Part shown: piece after piece, positions 29,599 to 37,092 of the stretch
Layout: each line of letters begins with the position of its first letter
Numbering within the stretch: position 1 is the first letter of the stretch
Source of the DNA: a virus
DNA length: 37,092 bases
Virus genome (UHGV): UHGV-0225063
Direction: 5' to 3' (one strand)
Translations under genes and position numbers: made by a program
The notes under the pieces: model-generated
The model's database searches: none
The model's input: the letters and a program-made list of their open reading frames with translations, nothing else
Told to the model about the DNA's origin: nothing

Positions 29599-30090
29599 AT
29601 GAGAGGTAAAGATTGGAGTTATATTTTTTCCATAATCTTTTTTATCTGCCTTTCTCTTGTATTAACTTATTATTTACATGATAAGGTTAGATATAACAAA
29701 GAGTTGCTTGGACTTGTGGCAAATATATTTTCAATATTAACAGGGTTTCTGTTACTTGTTATAACCACAAGTGGAGACGTAGCATCGTTTACAGAAGGTA
29801 AATCAAGATCAGAAAAGTATGCAACTAAGAGGAAATTCGAAATTCGGTTTTCTCGTTACATGATGCTTTTTTACCTCTATCTTACAGTCTTGTGCTTAAT
29901 ATTCTTCTACTACATGCTGCTGCCACCAGGAGACACCAGTAAAATCTTAGCAAGCAAGCCGCCTGTGACCAACCTGAGTCTGGTACTTGAGTTTATTATA
30001 TGCTGGCTAAGCATAATTTCATTTGGATGCTCTTTTTTCATACCAATAAAGCTGAAACAGATTTATAACGAAAAACTCAAGCAACAATAA
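29599..30090 (+). CDS. Unknown four-helix integral membrane protein (163 aa), second gene of the cassette in the rexB position
   Basis: GGGGGAGG Shine-Dalgarno before the ATG; four hydrophobic helices (about residues 8-27, 37-57, 87-108, 128-151); AT-rich. Confidence 0.6.
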   Translation: MRGKDWSYIFSIIFFICLSLVLTYYLHDKVRYNKELLGLVANIFSILTGFLLLVITTSGDVASFTEGKSRSEKYATKRKFEIRFSRYMMLFYLYLTVLCLIFFYYMLLPPGDTSKILASKPPVTNLSLVLEFIICWLSIISFGCSFFIPIKLKQIYNEKLKQQ

Positions 30091-30118
30091 CCCGGCCTCA
30101 GCGCCGGGTTTTCTTTGC
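30089..30118 (+). terminator. Intrinsic terminator (t-imm-like) ending the cI-cassette transcript
   Basis: AACCCGGC-ctcagc-GCCGGGTT followed by TTCTTTG; begins at the stop codon of the membrane-protein gene. Confidence 0.6.
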
Positions 30119-30268
30119 CTCACGATCGCCCCACCTAAAAACACATAACCAATTGTATTTGTTGAAAAATAAATAGATACAACTCACTAAACATCGCAAT
30201 TCTGATCTCTCGCCCTCCAAAGCAATACCCCAATTCAAAAAATAAATTCATATAAAAAACATACAGAT

Positions 30269-30331
30269 AACCATCTGCGGTGATGAGTTATCTCTAGCGG
30301 TGTTGACATAAATACCACTAGCGGTGATACT
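30269..30331 (+). promoter_or_regulatory. Left operator and pL: OL3 (30269-30285), OL2 (30289-30305), OL1 (30313-30329); -35 TTGACA (30303-30308), -10 GATACT (30326-30331)
   Basis: Sequence matches the lambda pL/OL region as remembered, with single-base differences. Confidence 0.8.
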
Positions 30332-30399
30332 AAACACATCAGCAGGACGCACCACTCACCAGGGCGGTGAATATACAACGATTCAAATATGAATCTACG

Positions 30400-30414
30400 G
30401 CGCTGACAAAGCGC
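30400..30414 (+). promoter_or_regulatory. nutL boxB hairpin GCGCTGACAAAGCGC (P22-type boxB)
   Basis: 5-bp stem with GACAA loop downstream of pL; identical to the P22 nutL boxB as I remember it; no clear boxA seen. Confidence 0.5.
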
Positions 30415-30579
30415 AATAACCAAAGTGAACTTTGGGGTGTGGTGAAGGGTTCATGGACGGGAATATGTCGCACGTAAAGCGGCGAGGCCTGCGGGACTAT
30501 TGCCGAATTGAAGTAGGCCGAAACAGGTCGAAATGGGTCTCCCACCTACCACACCACCAAAGTTCATCAGGAGGTCTAT

Positions 30580-30963
30580 ATGACACGCAGAACTCAGTTC
30601 AAAGGCAATTCACGTTCTCGTCGTCGTGAGCGTTTAAAGGTAAAGGCATTAGCTAACGGCGTACTGGCCCGCGAAGAAGCAATAAGTTCAGAAGTATTAC
30701 ACCGCCCTACTCTAAGCAGAGCGCAGATTCAGGCTAAAGGTACTCACAAAACGCCTGAGCGCATAGAAGACGCTAAGCCAATTAAGTTCATGGCACAGGA
30801 CGTGATCTGGCAACAGAAAGAATACAGACGCAATCTGGAGCGAGCGGCCATTGTGTACGCGAATGAGTTTGGACATAAGCAACCAGAAACTGGTGTATGT
30901 CTTCCAAACGTAGCTCTTTACGCGGCAGGCTATCGGAAATCAAAACAACTGACAGCGAGGTAA
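30580..30963 (+). CDS. N-like early antiterminator (arginine-rich motif; non-lambda, P22 gp24-like)
   Basis: 127 aa; N-terminal arginine-rich motif TRRTQFKGNSRSRRRERLK; first gene downstream of pL/nutL; unlike lambda N. Confidence 0.6.
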   Translation: MTRRTQFKGNSRSRRRERLKVKALANGVLAREEAISSEVLHRPTLSRAQIQAKGTHKTPERIEDAKPIKFMAQDVIWQQKEYRRNLERAAIVYANEFGHKQPETGVCLPNVALYAAGYRKSKQLTAR

Positions 30964-30965
30964 TT

Positions 30966-31265
30966 ATGGATTTAAGTAAATTAGAAAGCTCCTTGGAAGC
31001 ATCAGTAAAAAATTTTATATCAGTAATTGATGAAAAAACTGAAGATATTAAGAAAGCAACTATTGCCGAACTTATTCAAACAAGAGCCAGTACACTTGAA
31101 CATCTTCCTGATGATGTCCGGTCAGCGGCAATTAGCGTATATGTAACGGCACTAAGCAATAGTGAACCCCCAATTGATGAAGAATCAAGAGATATTCAGA
31201 AAAAACGGTTTGAGATGTTAGCCAGCAACATTATCGCTGGCTTTGCAAAGCTTACTTGTTGTTAG
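30966..31265 (+). CDS. Hypothetical acidic protein (99 aa)
   Basis: ATG 3 nt after the N stop with a GAGG Shine-Dalgarno; AT-rich; C-terminal CC dipeptide. Confidence 0.4.
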   Translation: MDLSKLESSLEASVKNFISVIDEKTEDIKKATIAELIQTRASTLEHLPDDVRSAAISVYVTALSNSEPPIDEESRDIQKKRFEMLASNIIAGFAKLTCC

Positions 31266-31434
31266 ATTCTTCCTGAACTTGCTCAAACCTTTCTTTCAAC
31301 TTGTCAAAGGCATTAATGAAAGCAGTTCCGCGATCGCTTGAGTTGTTGAATGCCCCAGCCTTTGCAAGCTCAAGTGCGACCTGATAGGCGGCATGAACTG
31401 GGTACAAAGTTACATCTACATTGTTGCTAGACAT
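31252..31434 (-). CDS. Hypothetical small protein (60 aa), antisense to the pL operon
   Basis: Start at MSSNN with an AAGGA Shine-Dalgarno; convergent with the preceding plus-strand gene; status uncertain. Confidence 0.3.
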   Translation of the reverse strand: MSSNNVDVTLYPVHAAYQVALELAKAGAFNNSSDRGTAFINAFDKLKERFEQVQEESNNK

Positions 31435-31445
31435 AGCATTTCCTT

Positions 31446-31494
31446 CTTTTGACTGTGGAAACAACAGTCTACCCATTTCCTTTGACTGTGGAAA
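31446..31494. repeat. Two direct copies of TTTGACTGTGGAAA spaced 33 bp apart
   Basis: Copies at 31446-31461 and 31479-31494, immediately upstream of the minus-strand small ORF. Confidence 0.4.
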
Positions 31495-31684
31495 GTGAAG
31501 GAACCACCGAGCCTGATGTGGTTAAAAGACAGGCACAATCTTTACTACCGCAATCCACTATTTAAGGTGATATACGGAAGAACAAGCAAACAAGATTCTC
31601 GTAGAACTACTGCAAAAAGCCAGCAATGGAATAGACGCGGCTGTTTCATTTAGCCAGGCACAGATTCCTGATGTTGTTCATCAG

Positions 31685-32023
31685 TTGCTGCTATGGAATA
31701 TGGTTGACAGTCTGATTAAAACATTAATAGCCATTCTAACAATCCCACTGGTTTTCTGGTTTATGAAGAAGCAGTGCCAAAGAGTTGAGACAGGTGAAAT
31801 CGGTGATGAAGGATATTCATGGGAGAAAGGAAATCCCAAATACAGGTCGACAATGGTTTGGGATAGCAAAGGTGATATTAATCTTCTTATCGTGCCATTG
31901 GTTGGAGTTTTGACTCTGTGGGGGGATTTTATTATTGGTGCAGTAACCAATATGACTTGGTTAAAAATTTGGCTGGCCCCAAAGCTTTACCTTATCGAAT
32001 ATGCAGCATCATTGGTTAATTAA
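31685..32023 (+). CDS. Small two-helix membrane protein (hypothetical)
   Basis: 112-aa ORF (the track start is a TTG; an ATG lies 5 codons in); two hydrophobic helices (LIKTLIAILTIPLVFWF and LLIVPLVGVLTLWGDFIIGAV); AT-rich. Confidence 0.45.
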   Translation: MLLWNMVDSLIKTLIAILTIPLVFWFMKKQCQRVETGEIGDEGYSWEKGNPKYRSTMVWDSKGDINLLIVPLVGVLTLWGDFIIGAVTNMTWLKIWLAPKLYLIEYAASLVN

Positions 32024-32063
32024 TTTCAGGCCGCATAATCGGCCTTTATTTTTAAGGAGACAT

Positions 32064-32306
32064 ATGAAAATCAAAACTATGGGCGCAAGCCCATTAAGTG
32101 GTCGTATTTTTCAAGGAACATTAAACACTGAAAAAGGAATGTGGGTGGGAAAGAAAGAAGATGTAACCGAACAGGCAGTTAAGGCAGTAGCTGAACACAT
32201 GATGATAAAAGACCAGAAATATGCATACGGAACGAAGGATGGCAAATGGCTGATAATAAGCCATCAAGTGGTTGATAAATTACCAGAAGAGTTTGTTGCT
32301 GGTTAA
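32064..32306 (+). CDS. Hypothetical small protein (80 aa)
   Basis: ATG preceded by an AAGGAG Shine-Dalgarno; start taken at MKIKT within ORF 32001..32306. Confidence 0.45.
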   Translation: MKIKTMGASPLSGRIFQGTLNTEKGMWVGKKEDVTEQAVKAVAEHMMIKDQKYAYGTKDGKWLIISHQVVDKLPEEFVAG

Positions 32307-32363
32307 ATTTGCTTTGGAATAAGCAACAGAATAAACACTGCACTGAATTATTTGAGGTGAGAT

Positions 32364-32834
32364 ATGACAAAATCATGGAGCGTACCTTTTCCTGAATCAG
32401 AAACTGAACATGATGGAATGCCTGTTTTCTGGAGATTCCAGGCGACAGTTGAAGAAGATGGAATCAAAATATTCGCACTTCAATATATAGCTTTTCATCA
32501 GACAGAGCATTATGCATGGTTGGTTCCTGCGCATTGGATTGTTAATTTTAAACCAGCACCAAATCAGTGGTTACAGGAATGGAAACAAAGGAGAAATAGA
32601 TATGCAATTAAGAAAGTAGCAAAAAATGCAGAAAGATCTTTTGCATTCCCGACGAAGAAACTTGCCATTGAAAGTTTATTGCGCCGGAAGAAATACCATT
32701 TGATGAGAATCAAACAAGATTTGGCTGTTGTATCAACTCTTGTTGATGGGATGAAGAATATTGATACATCAACACCAGATATTGAATATAACTTTGGACA
32801 CAACCAAGAAACAGAAAACTGGGTGTTTTATTAG
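32364..32834 (+). CDS. Hypothetical protein (156 aa)
   Basis: ATG preceded by a GAGGTG Shine-Dalgarno; no recognisable motif. Confidence 0.5.
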   Translation: MTKSWSVPFPESETEHDGMPVFWRFQATVEEDGIKIFALQYIAFHQTEHYAWLVPAHWIVNFKPAPNQWLQEWKQRRNRYAIKKVAKNAERSFAFPTKKLAIESLLRRKKYHLMRIKQDLAVVSTLVDGMKNIDTSTPDIEYNFGHNQETENWVFY

Positions 32835-32938
32835 TACGAATAAGCACTGTGTATTCATTCCAACGAGTGAATACACGGAGCAATGTCGCTCGTAACTAAA
32901 CAGGAGCCGACTTGTTCTGATTATTGGAAATCTTCTTT

Positions 32939-32965
32939 GCCCTCCAAGATGAGGGCGATTTTTTA
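32939..32965 (+). terminator. Intrinsic terminator-like hairpin upstream of ea10
   Basis: GCCCTC-caagat-GAGGGC followed by GATTTTTTAT. Confidence 0.45.
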
Positions 32966-32984
32966 TCTGTGAGGATATGAACAG

Positions 32985-33353
32985 ATGTCAAACATCAAAA
33001 AATACATCATTGATTACGACTGGAAAGCATCAATAGAAATTGAAATCGACCATGACGTAATGACAGAGGAAAAACTTCACCAGATTAATAATTTCTGGTC
33101 AGACTCTGAATACCGACTCAATAAACACGGCTCTGTATTAAATGCTGTATTAATCATGCTGGCGCAACATGCTCTGCTTATAGCAATTTCAAGCGACTTA
33201 AATGCATATGGTGTTGTGTGTGAGTTCGACTGGAATGATGGAAATGGTCAGGAAGGATGGCCTCCAATGGATGGTAGCGAAGGAATAAGAATTACCGATA
33301 TCGATACATCAGGAATATTTGATTCAGATGATATGACTATCAAAGCCGCCTGA
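32985..33353 (+). CDS. ea10: Ea10-like protein
   Basis: 122 aa; same size and position as lambda ea10 (between the N-proximal genes and cIII); sequence appears lambda-like from memory. Confidence 0.65.
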   Translation: MSNIKKYIIDYDWKASIEIEIDHDVMTEEKLHQINNFWSDSEYRLNKHGSVLNAVLIMLAQHALLIAISSDLNAYGVVCEFDWNDGNGQEGWPPMDGSEGIRITDIDTSGIFDSDDMTIKAA

Positions 33354-33425
33354 GCGCGGCGTTACCGCATACCAATAACGCTTCACTCGAGGCGTTTTTC
33401 GTTATGTATAAATAAGGAGCACACC

Positions 33426-33590
33426 ATGCAATATGCCATTGCAGGGTGGCCTGTTGCTGGCTGCCCTTCCGAATCTTTACTTGAACGAATCACCCGTAAA
33501 TTACGTGACGGATGGAAACGCCTTATCGACATACTTAATCAGCCAGGAGTCCCAAAAAATGGATCAAACACTTATGGCTATCCAGACTAA
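33426..33590 (+). CDS. cIII: CIII (FtsH inhibitor that stabilises CII)
   Basis: 54-aa ORF translated by hand: [54 protein letters not shown], matching lambda CIII as recalled; below the ORF-track length cutoff. Confidence 0.85.
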   Translation: MQYAIAGWPVAGCPSESLLERITRKLRDGWKRLIDILNQPGVPKNGSNTYGYPD

Positions 33591-33702
33591 ATTCACTATC
33601 GCCACTTTTATTGGCGATGAAAAGATGTTTCGTGAGGCCGTCGACGCTTATAAAAAATGGATATTAATACTGAAACTGAGATCAAGCAAAAGCATTCACT
33701 AA
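33559..33702 (+). CDS. kil: Kil (host cell-division inhibitor)
   Basis: 47 aa from the internal Met of ORF 33433..33702: [47 protein letters not shown], matching lambda Kil as recalled. Confidence 0.8.
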   Translation: MDQTLMAIQTKFTIATFIGDEKMFREAVDAYKKWILILKLRSSKSIH

Positions 33703-34073
33703 CCCCCTTTCCTGTTTTCCTAATCAGCCCGGCATTTCGCGGGCGATATTTTCACAGCTATTTCAGGAGTTCAGCCATGAACGCTTATTACATTCAGGAT
33801 CGTCTTGAGGCTCAGAGCTGGACGCGTCACTACCAGCAGCTCGCCCGTGAAGAGAAAGAGGCAGAACTGGCAGACGACATGGAAAAAAGCCTGCCCCAGC
33901 ACCTGTTTGAATCGCTATGCATCGATCATTTGCAACGCCACGGGGCCAGCAAAAAAGCCATTACCCGTGCGTTTGATGACGATGTTGAGTTTCAGGAGCG
34001 CATGGCAGAACACATCCGGTACATGGTTGAAACCATTGCTCACCACCAGGTTGATATTGATTCAGAGGTATAA
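33657..34073 (+). CDS. gam: Gam (RecBCD inhibitor)
   Basis: 138 aa, near-identical to lambda Gam (long form) as recalled. Confidence 0.95.
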   Translation: MDINTETEIKQKHSLTPFPVFLISPAFRGRYFHSYFRSSAMNAYYIQDRLEAQSWTRHYQQLAREEKEAELADDMEKSLPQHLFESLCIDHLQRHGASKKAITRAFDDDVEFQERMAEHIRYMVETIAHHQVDIDSEV

Positions 34074-34078
34074 AACGG

Positions 34079-34864
34079 ATGAGTACAGCACTCGCAACGC
34101 TGGCTGGGAAGCTGGCTGAACGTGTCGGCATGGATTCTGTCGACCCACAGGAACTGATCACCACTCTTCGCCAGACGGCATTTAAAGGTGATGCCAGCGA
34201 TGCGCAGTTCATCGCATTGTTGATCGTCGCCAACCAGTACGGCCTTAATCCGTGGACGAAAGAAATTTACGCCTTCCCTGACAAGCAGAACGGCATCGTT
34301 CCGGTGGTGGGCGTTGATGGCTGGTCCCGTATCATCAATGAAAACCAGCAGTTTGATGGCATGGACTTTGAGCAGGACAATGAATCATGTACATGCCGGA
34401 TTTACCGCAAGGACCGTAATCATCCGATCTGCGTTACCGAGTGGATGGATGAATGCCGCCGCGAACCATTCAAAACCCGCGAAGGCAGAGAAATCACCGG
34501 ACCGTGGCAGTCGCATCCCAAACGGATGTTACGGCATAAAGCCATGATTCAGTGTGCCCGTCTGGCCTTCGGATTTGCTGGTATCTATGACAAGGATGAA
34601 GCCGAGCGCATTGTCGAAAATACTGCATACACTGCAGAACGTCAGCCGGAACGCGACATCACTCCGGTTAACGATGAAACCATGCAGGAGATTAACACTC
34701 TGCTGATCGCCCTGGATAAAACATGGGATGACGACTTATTGCCGCTCTGTTCCCAGATATTTCGCCGCGACATTCGCGCATCGTCAGAACTGACACAGGC
34801 CGAAGCAGTGAAAGCTCTTGGATTCCTGAAACAGAAAGCCACTGAGCAGAAGGTGGCAGCATGA
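34079..34864 (+). CDS. bet: Bet (Red-beta single-strand annealing protein)
   Basis: 261 aa, near-identical to lambda Bet as recalled. Confidence 0.95.
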   Translation: MSTALATLAGKLAERVGMDSVDPQELITTLRQTAFKGDASDAQFIALLIVANQYGLNPWTKEIYAFPDKQNGIVPVVGVDGWSRIINENQQFDGMDFEQDNESCTCRIYRKDRNHPICVTEWMDECRREPFKTREGREITGPWQSHPKRMLRHKAMIQCARLAFGFAGIYDKDEAERIVENTAYTAERQPERDITPVNDETMQEINTLLIALDKTWDDDLLPLCSQIFRRDIRASSELTQAEAVKALGFLKQKATEQKVAA

Positions 34865-35541
34865 CACCGGACATTATCCTGCAGCGTACCGGGATCGACG
34901 TGAGAGCTGTCGAACAGGGGGATGATGCATGGCACAAATTACGGCTCGGCGTCATCACCGCTTCAGAAGTTCACAACGTGATAGCAAAGCCCCGCTCAGG
35001 AAAGAAGTGGCCTGACATGAAAATGTCCTACTTCCACACCCTGCTGGCTGAGGTTTGCACCGGTGTGGCTCCGGAAGTTAATGCTAAGGCGCTGGCCTGG
35101 GGAAAACAGTACGAGAACGACGCCAGAGCCCTGTTTGAGTTTACTTCCGGCGTGAATGTTACTGAATCCCCGATCATCTATCGCGACGAAAGTATGCGCA
35201 CCGCCTGCTCTCCCGATGGTTTATGCAGTGACGGCAACGGCCTTGAACTGAAATGCCCGTTTACCTCCCGGGATTTCATGAAATTCCGGCTCGGTGGTTT
35301 CGAGGCCATAAAGTCAGCTTACATGGCCCAGGTGCAGTACAGCATGTGGGTGACGCGAAAAGATGCCTGGTACTTTGCCAACTATGACCCACGAATGAAG
35401 CGTGAAGGCCTGCATTATGTCGTGGTTGAGCGGGATGAAAATTACATGGCGAGTTTTGACGAGATGGTGCCGGAGTTCATCGAAAAAATGGACGAGGCAC
35501 TGGCTGAAATTGGTTTTGTATTTGGGGAGCAATGGCGATGA
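34861..35541 (+). CDS. exo: Exo (Red-alpha 5'-3' exonuclease)
   Basis: 226 aa, near-identical to lambda Exo as recalled. Confidence 0.95.
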   Translation: MTPDIILQRTGIDVRAVEQGDDAWHKLRLGVITASEVHNVIAKPRSGKKWPDMKMSYFHTLLAEVCTGVAPEVNAKALAWGKQYENDARALFEFTSGVNVTESPIIYRDESMRTACSPDGLCSDGNGLELKCPFTSRDFMKFRLGGFEAIKSAYMAQVQYSMWVTRKDAWYFANYDPRMKREGLHYVVVERDENYMASFDEMVPEFIEKMDEALAEIGFVFGEQWR

Positions 35542-35720
35542 AGCATCCTCACGATAATATCCGGGTAGGCGCGATCACTTTCGTCTACTCCATTACAAAG
35601 CGAGGCTGGGTATTTCCCGGCCTTTCTGTTATCCGAAATCCCCTGAAAGCACAGCGGCTGGCTGAGGAGATAAATAATAAACGGGGAGCTGTATGCACAA
35701 AGCATCTCCCGTTGAGTTAA
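35538..35720 (+). CDS. orf60a-like small protein
   Basis: 60 aa from the second Met of ORF 35532..35720; position immediately after exo as in lambda. Confidence 0.6.
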   Translation: MKHPHDNIRVGAITFVYSITKRGWVFPGLSVIRNPLKAQRLAEEINNKRGAVCTKHLPLS

Positions 35721-35884
35721 GAACGAGTATCGAGATGGCACATAGCCTCGCTCAAATTGGAGTCAGGTTTGTGCCAATACCAGTAGAAACAGACGAAGTA
35801 TTTCATACGTTAGTCGCATCCCTTTCACAAAAGCTGGAAATGATGGTGGCGAAAGCAGAAGCAGATGAGAGAGACCAGGTATGA
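35693..35884 (+). CDS. orf63-like small protein
   Basis: 63-aa ORF in the lambda orf63 position. Confidence 0.6.
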   Translation: MHKASPVELRTSIEMAHSLAQIGVRFVPIPVETDEVFHTLVASLSQKLEMMVAKAEADERDQV

Positions 35885-35960
35885 CAACCACTGAATGCAT
35901 TTTTCTGGCAGCGGGCTTCATATTCTGTGTGCTTATGCTTGCCGACATGGGACTTGTTCA

Positions 35961-36176
35961 ATGACACCTCAGCAGGAAAACGCCCTTCGCAGCATTGCCC
36001 GTCAGGCTAATTCTGAAATCAAAAAAGCCAGACAGCAGTTTCCGGATAAAAACGTCGATGACATTTGCCGTAGCGTACTGAAGAAGCACCGCGAAACGGT
36101 AACGCTGATGGGATTCACACCGACTCATTTAAGCCTGGCGATCGGCATGTTAAACGGCGTCTTTAAGGAGCGATGA
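35961..36176 (+). CDS. orf61-like small protein
   Basis: Internal Met (MTPQQENALRS...) of ORF 35895..36176 gives 71 aa; position as lambda orf61. Confidence 0.5.
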   Translation: MTPQQENALRSIARQANSEIKKARQQFPDKNVDDICRSVLKKHRETVTLMGFTPTHLSLAIGMLNGVFKER

Positions 36177-36197
36177 ACATGAAAAGCAAAATCATCA

Positions 36198-36225
36198 GGG
36201 AGCTACAGGCTCCTTTTTTATTATT
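36198..36225 (+). terminator. Intrinsic terminator-like hairpin in the pL operon
   Basis: GGGAGC-tacag-GCTCCT followed by TTTTTTATTATT. Confidence 0.4.
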
Positions 36226-36274
36226 CGCATTCACCCTCAAGCGTATTAACCAACAATTCAGGGATTAATGAAAG

Positions 36275-36496
36275 ATGGCAGACATCATTGATTCAGCATC
36301 AGAAATTGAAGAATTACAGCGCAACACAGCAATAAAAATGCGCCGCCTGAACCACCAGGCTATATCTGCCACTCATTGTTGTGAGTGTGGCGATCCGATA
36401 GATGAACGAAGACGCTTGGCCGTTCAGGGTTGTCGGACTTGTGCAAGTTGCCAGGAGGATCTGGAACTTATCAGTAAACAGAGAGGTTCGAAGTGA
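36275..36496 (+). CDS. TraR/DksA-family C4 zinc-finger protein (lambda orf73-like)
   Basis: 73 aa with CxxC...CxxC (CCECGDPIDERRRLAVQGCRTCASC), typical of TraR-like RNA-polymerase-binding proteins. Confidence 0.7.
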   Translation: MADIIDSASEIEELQRNTAIKMRRLNHQAISATHCCECGDPIDERRRLAVQGCRTCASCQEDLELISKQRGSK

Positions 36497-36975
36497 GCGA
36501 AATTAACTCTCAGGCACTGCGTGAGGCGGCAGTAGCAATTGAAACAGTAGCAACGCCTCAAAAATTGCTGGCATTTCGTATGAAAGTCACACCTCAGGTT
36601 GTGCTGGCACTGCTGGATGAACGGGAAAGAAACCAGCAATACATCAAACGCCGCGACCAAGAGAACGAGGATATTGCGCTAACGGTAGGGAAGCTGCGCG
36701 TTGAGCTTGAGGAGACAAAATCAAAACTCAACGAACAGCGTGAATATTACGAAGGTGTTATCTCGGATGGGAGTAAGCGCATAGCAGAGTTAGAAAGTGA
36801 TTCTCAGGAACAAAAGTTAGTTGAAGCAATCATTGTTGCGATAGAAAACGAACAGGAACGTCTTTTTGATGAAGATTACCTAATGGATTCGAAAGAATGC
36901 ATTGACGTAATTCGTGAAGAAGTAAAGCGATGGAATGATTCCCGCGCCGCTGGCATTCGCATCAAAGGAGAGTGA
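36493..36975 (+). CDS. Ea22-like protein (mosaic)
   Basis: 160 aa; N-terminal and coiled-coil segments (MSEINSQALREAA...LLDERERNQQYIKRRDQENEDIALTVGKLRVELE...) and the C-terminal AGIRIKGE resemble lambda Ea22 as recalled, with a different middle. Confidence 0.55.
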   Translation: MSEINSQALREAAVAIETVATPQKLLAFRMKVTPQVVLALLDERERNQQYIKRRDQENEDIALTVGKLRVELEETKSKLNEQREYYEGVISDGSKRIAELESDSQEQKLVEAIIVAIENEQERLFDEDYLMDSKECIDVIREEVKRWNDSRAAGIRIKGE

Positions 36976-36976
36976 T

Positions 36977-37092
36977 ATGGCGTTAACACACCACGAACTC
37001 TGTCAGATTGCGTACAAGTTCCTTAAGCGCAACGGGTTCAAGGTTTGCTTTCATGACCGCTTTGTTGCTGTAACCAGTACCGGAGAACAGCC
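36977..37092 (+). CDS. Hypothetical protein, 5' part only (continues past window end)
   Basis: ATG at 36977 overlapping the upstream stop; hand translation MALTHHELCQIAYKFLKRNGFKVCFHDRFVAVTSTGEQ...; no stop within the window. Confidence 0.35.
   Translation, partial: MALTHHELCQIAYKFLKRNGFKVCFHDRFVAVTSTGEQ

Noticed and set aside
30235-30545. Minus-strand ORFs (62 and 68 aa) across OL/pL and the N leader
   Set aside because: They fall on the operator, promoter and nut elements, whose lambda-type sequence signals are clear; no coding support.
31681-31950. Minus-strand ORF of 89 aa antisense to the two-helix membrane protein gene
   Set aside because: Fully overlapped by the plus-strand gene in an AT-rich region where spurious ORFs are common; Pro/Ser-rich translation, no ribosome-binding site noted.
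36174-36269. Possible 31-aa plus-strand mini-ORF (MNMKSKIIRELQAPFLLFAFTLKRINQQFRD)
   Set aside because: The sequence is dominated by a stem-loop plus T-tract that looks like an intrinsic terminator, so the open frame is probably incidental.

Overview
The window is nearly a complete mosaic lambdoid prophage, with both ends running off the window (tail fibre at the left edge, ea22/ea8.5-like genes at the right; int/xis and att sites not present). All protein calls come from reading the supplied ORF translations against remembered phage sequences and motifs; no database search was run. Minus strand, 1-21.6 kb: a late operon with a Mu/P2-like contractile-tail and baseplate module, an HK97-style head module (capsid, scaffold, Mu-F-like protein, portal, terminases), then lysis genes (lambda-like S and R, non-lambda Rz/Rz1). 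21.7-27.8 kb (minus): two tRNA genes, a non-lambda Q-type antiterminator, a nin region (Dam-type methyltransferase, HNH endonuclease, NinB), and lambda-like ren, P, O (ori with six iterons), cII and cro. 27.8-37 kb (plus): lambda-type OR and cI, then OL/pL, an N-like antiterminator with P22-type boxB, an AT-rich block of unknown genes, and lambda-like ea10, cIII, kil, gam, bet, exo, orf60a/63/61, a TraR-like protein and a mosaic ea22. The main candidate for an undescribed system is an AT-rich two-gene cassette (285-aa soluble protein plus 163-aa four-helix membrane protein) sitting exactly where lambda carries rexA-rexB, a plausible Rex-like abortive-infection module. Other accessory cargo: a Phd/Doc toxin-antitoxin operon and a signal-peptide protein inside the tail operon, and about 2 kb of unknown genes between N and ea10.
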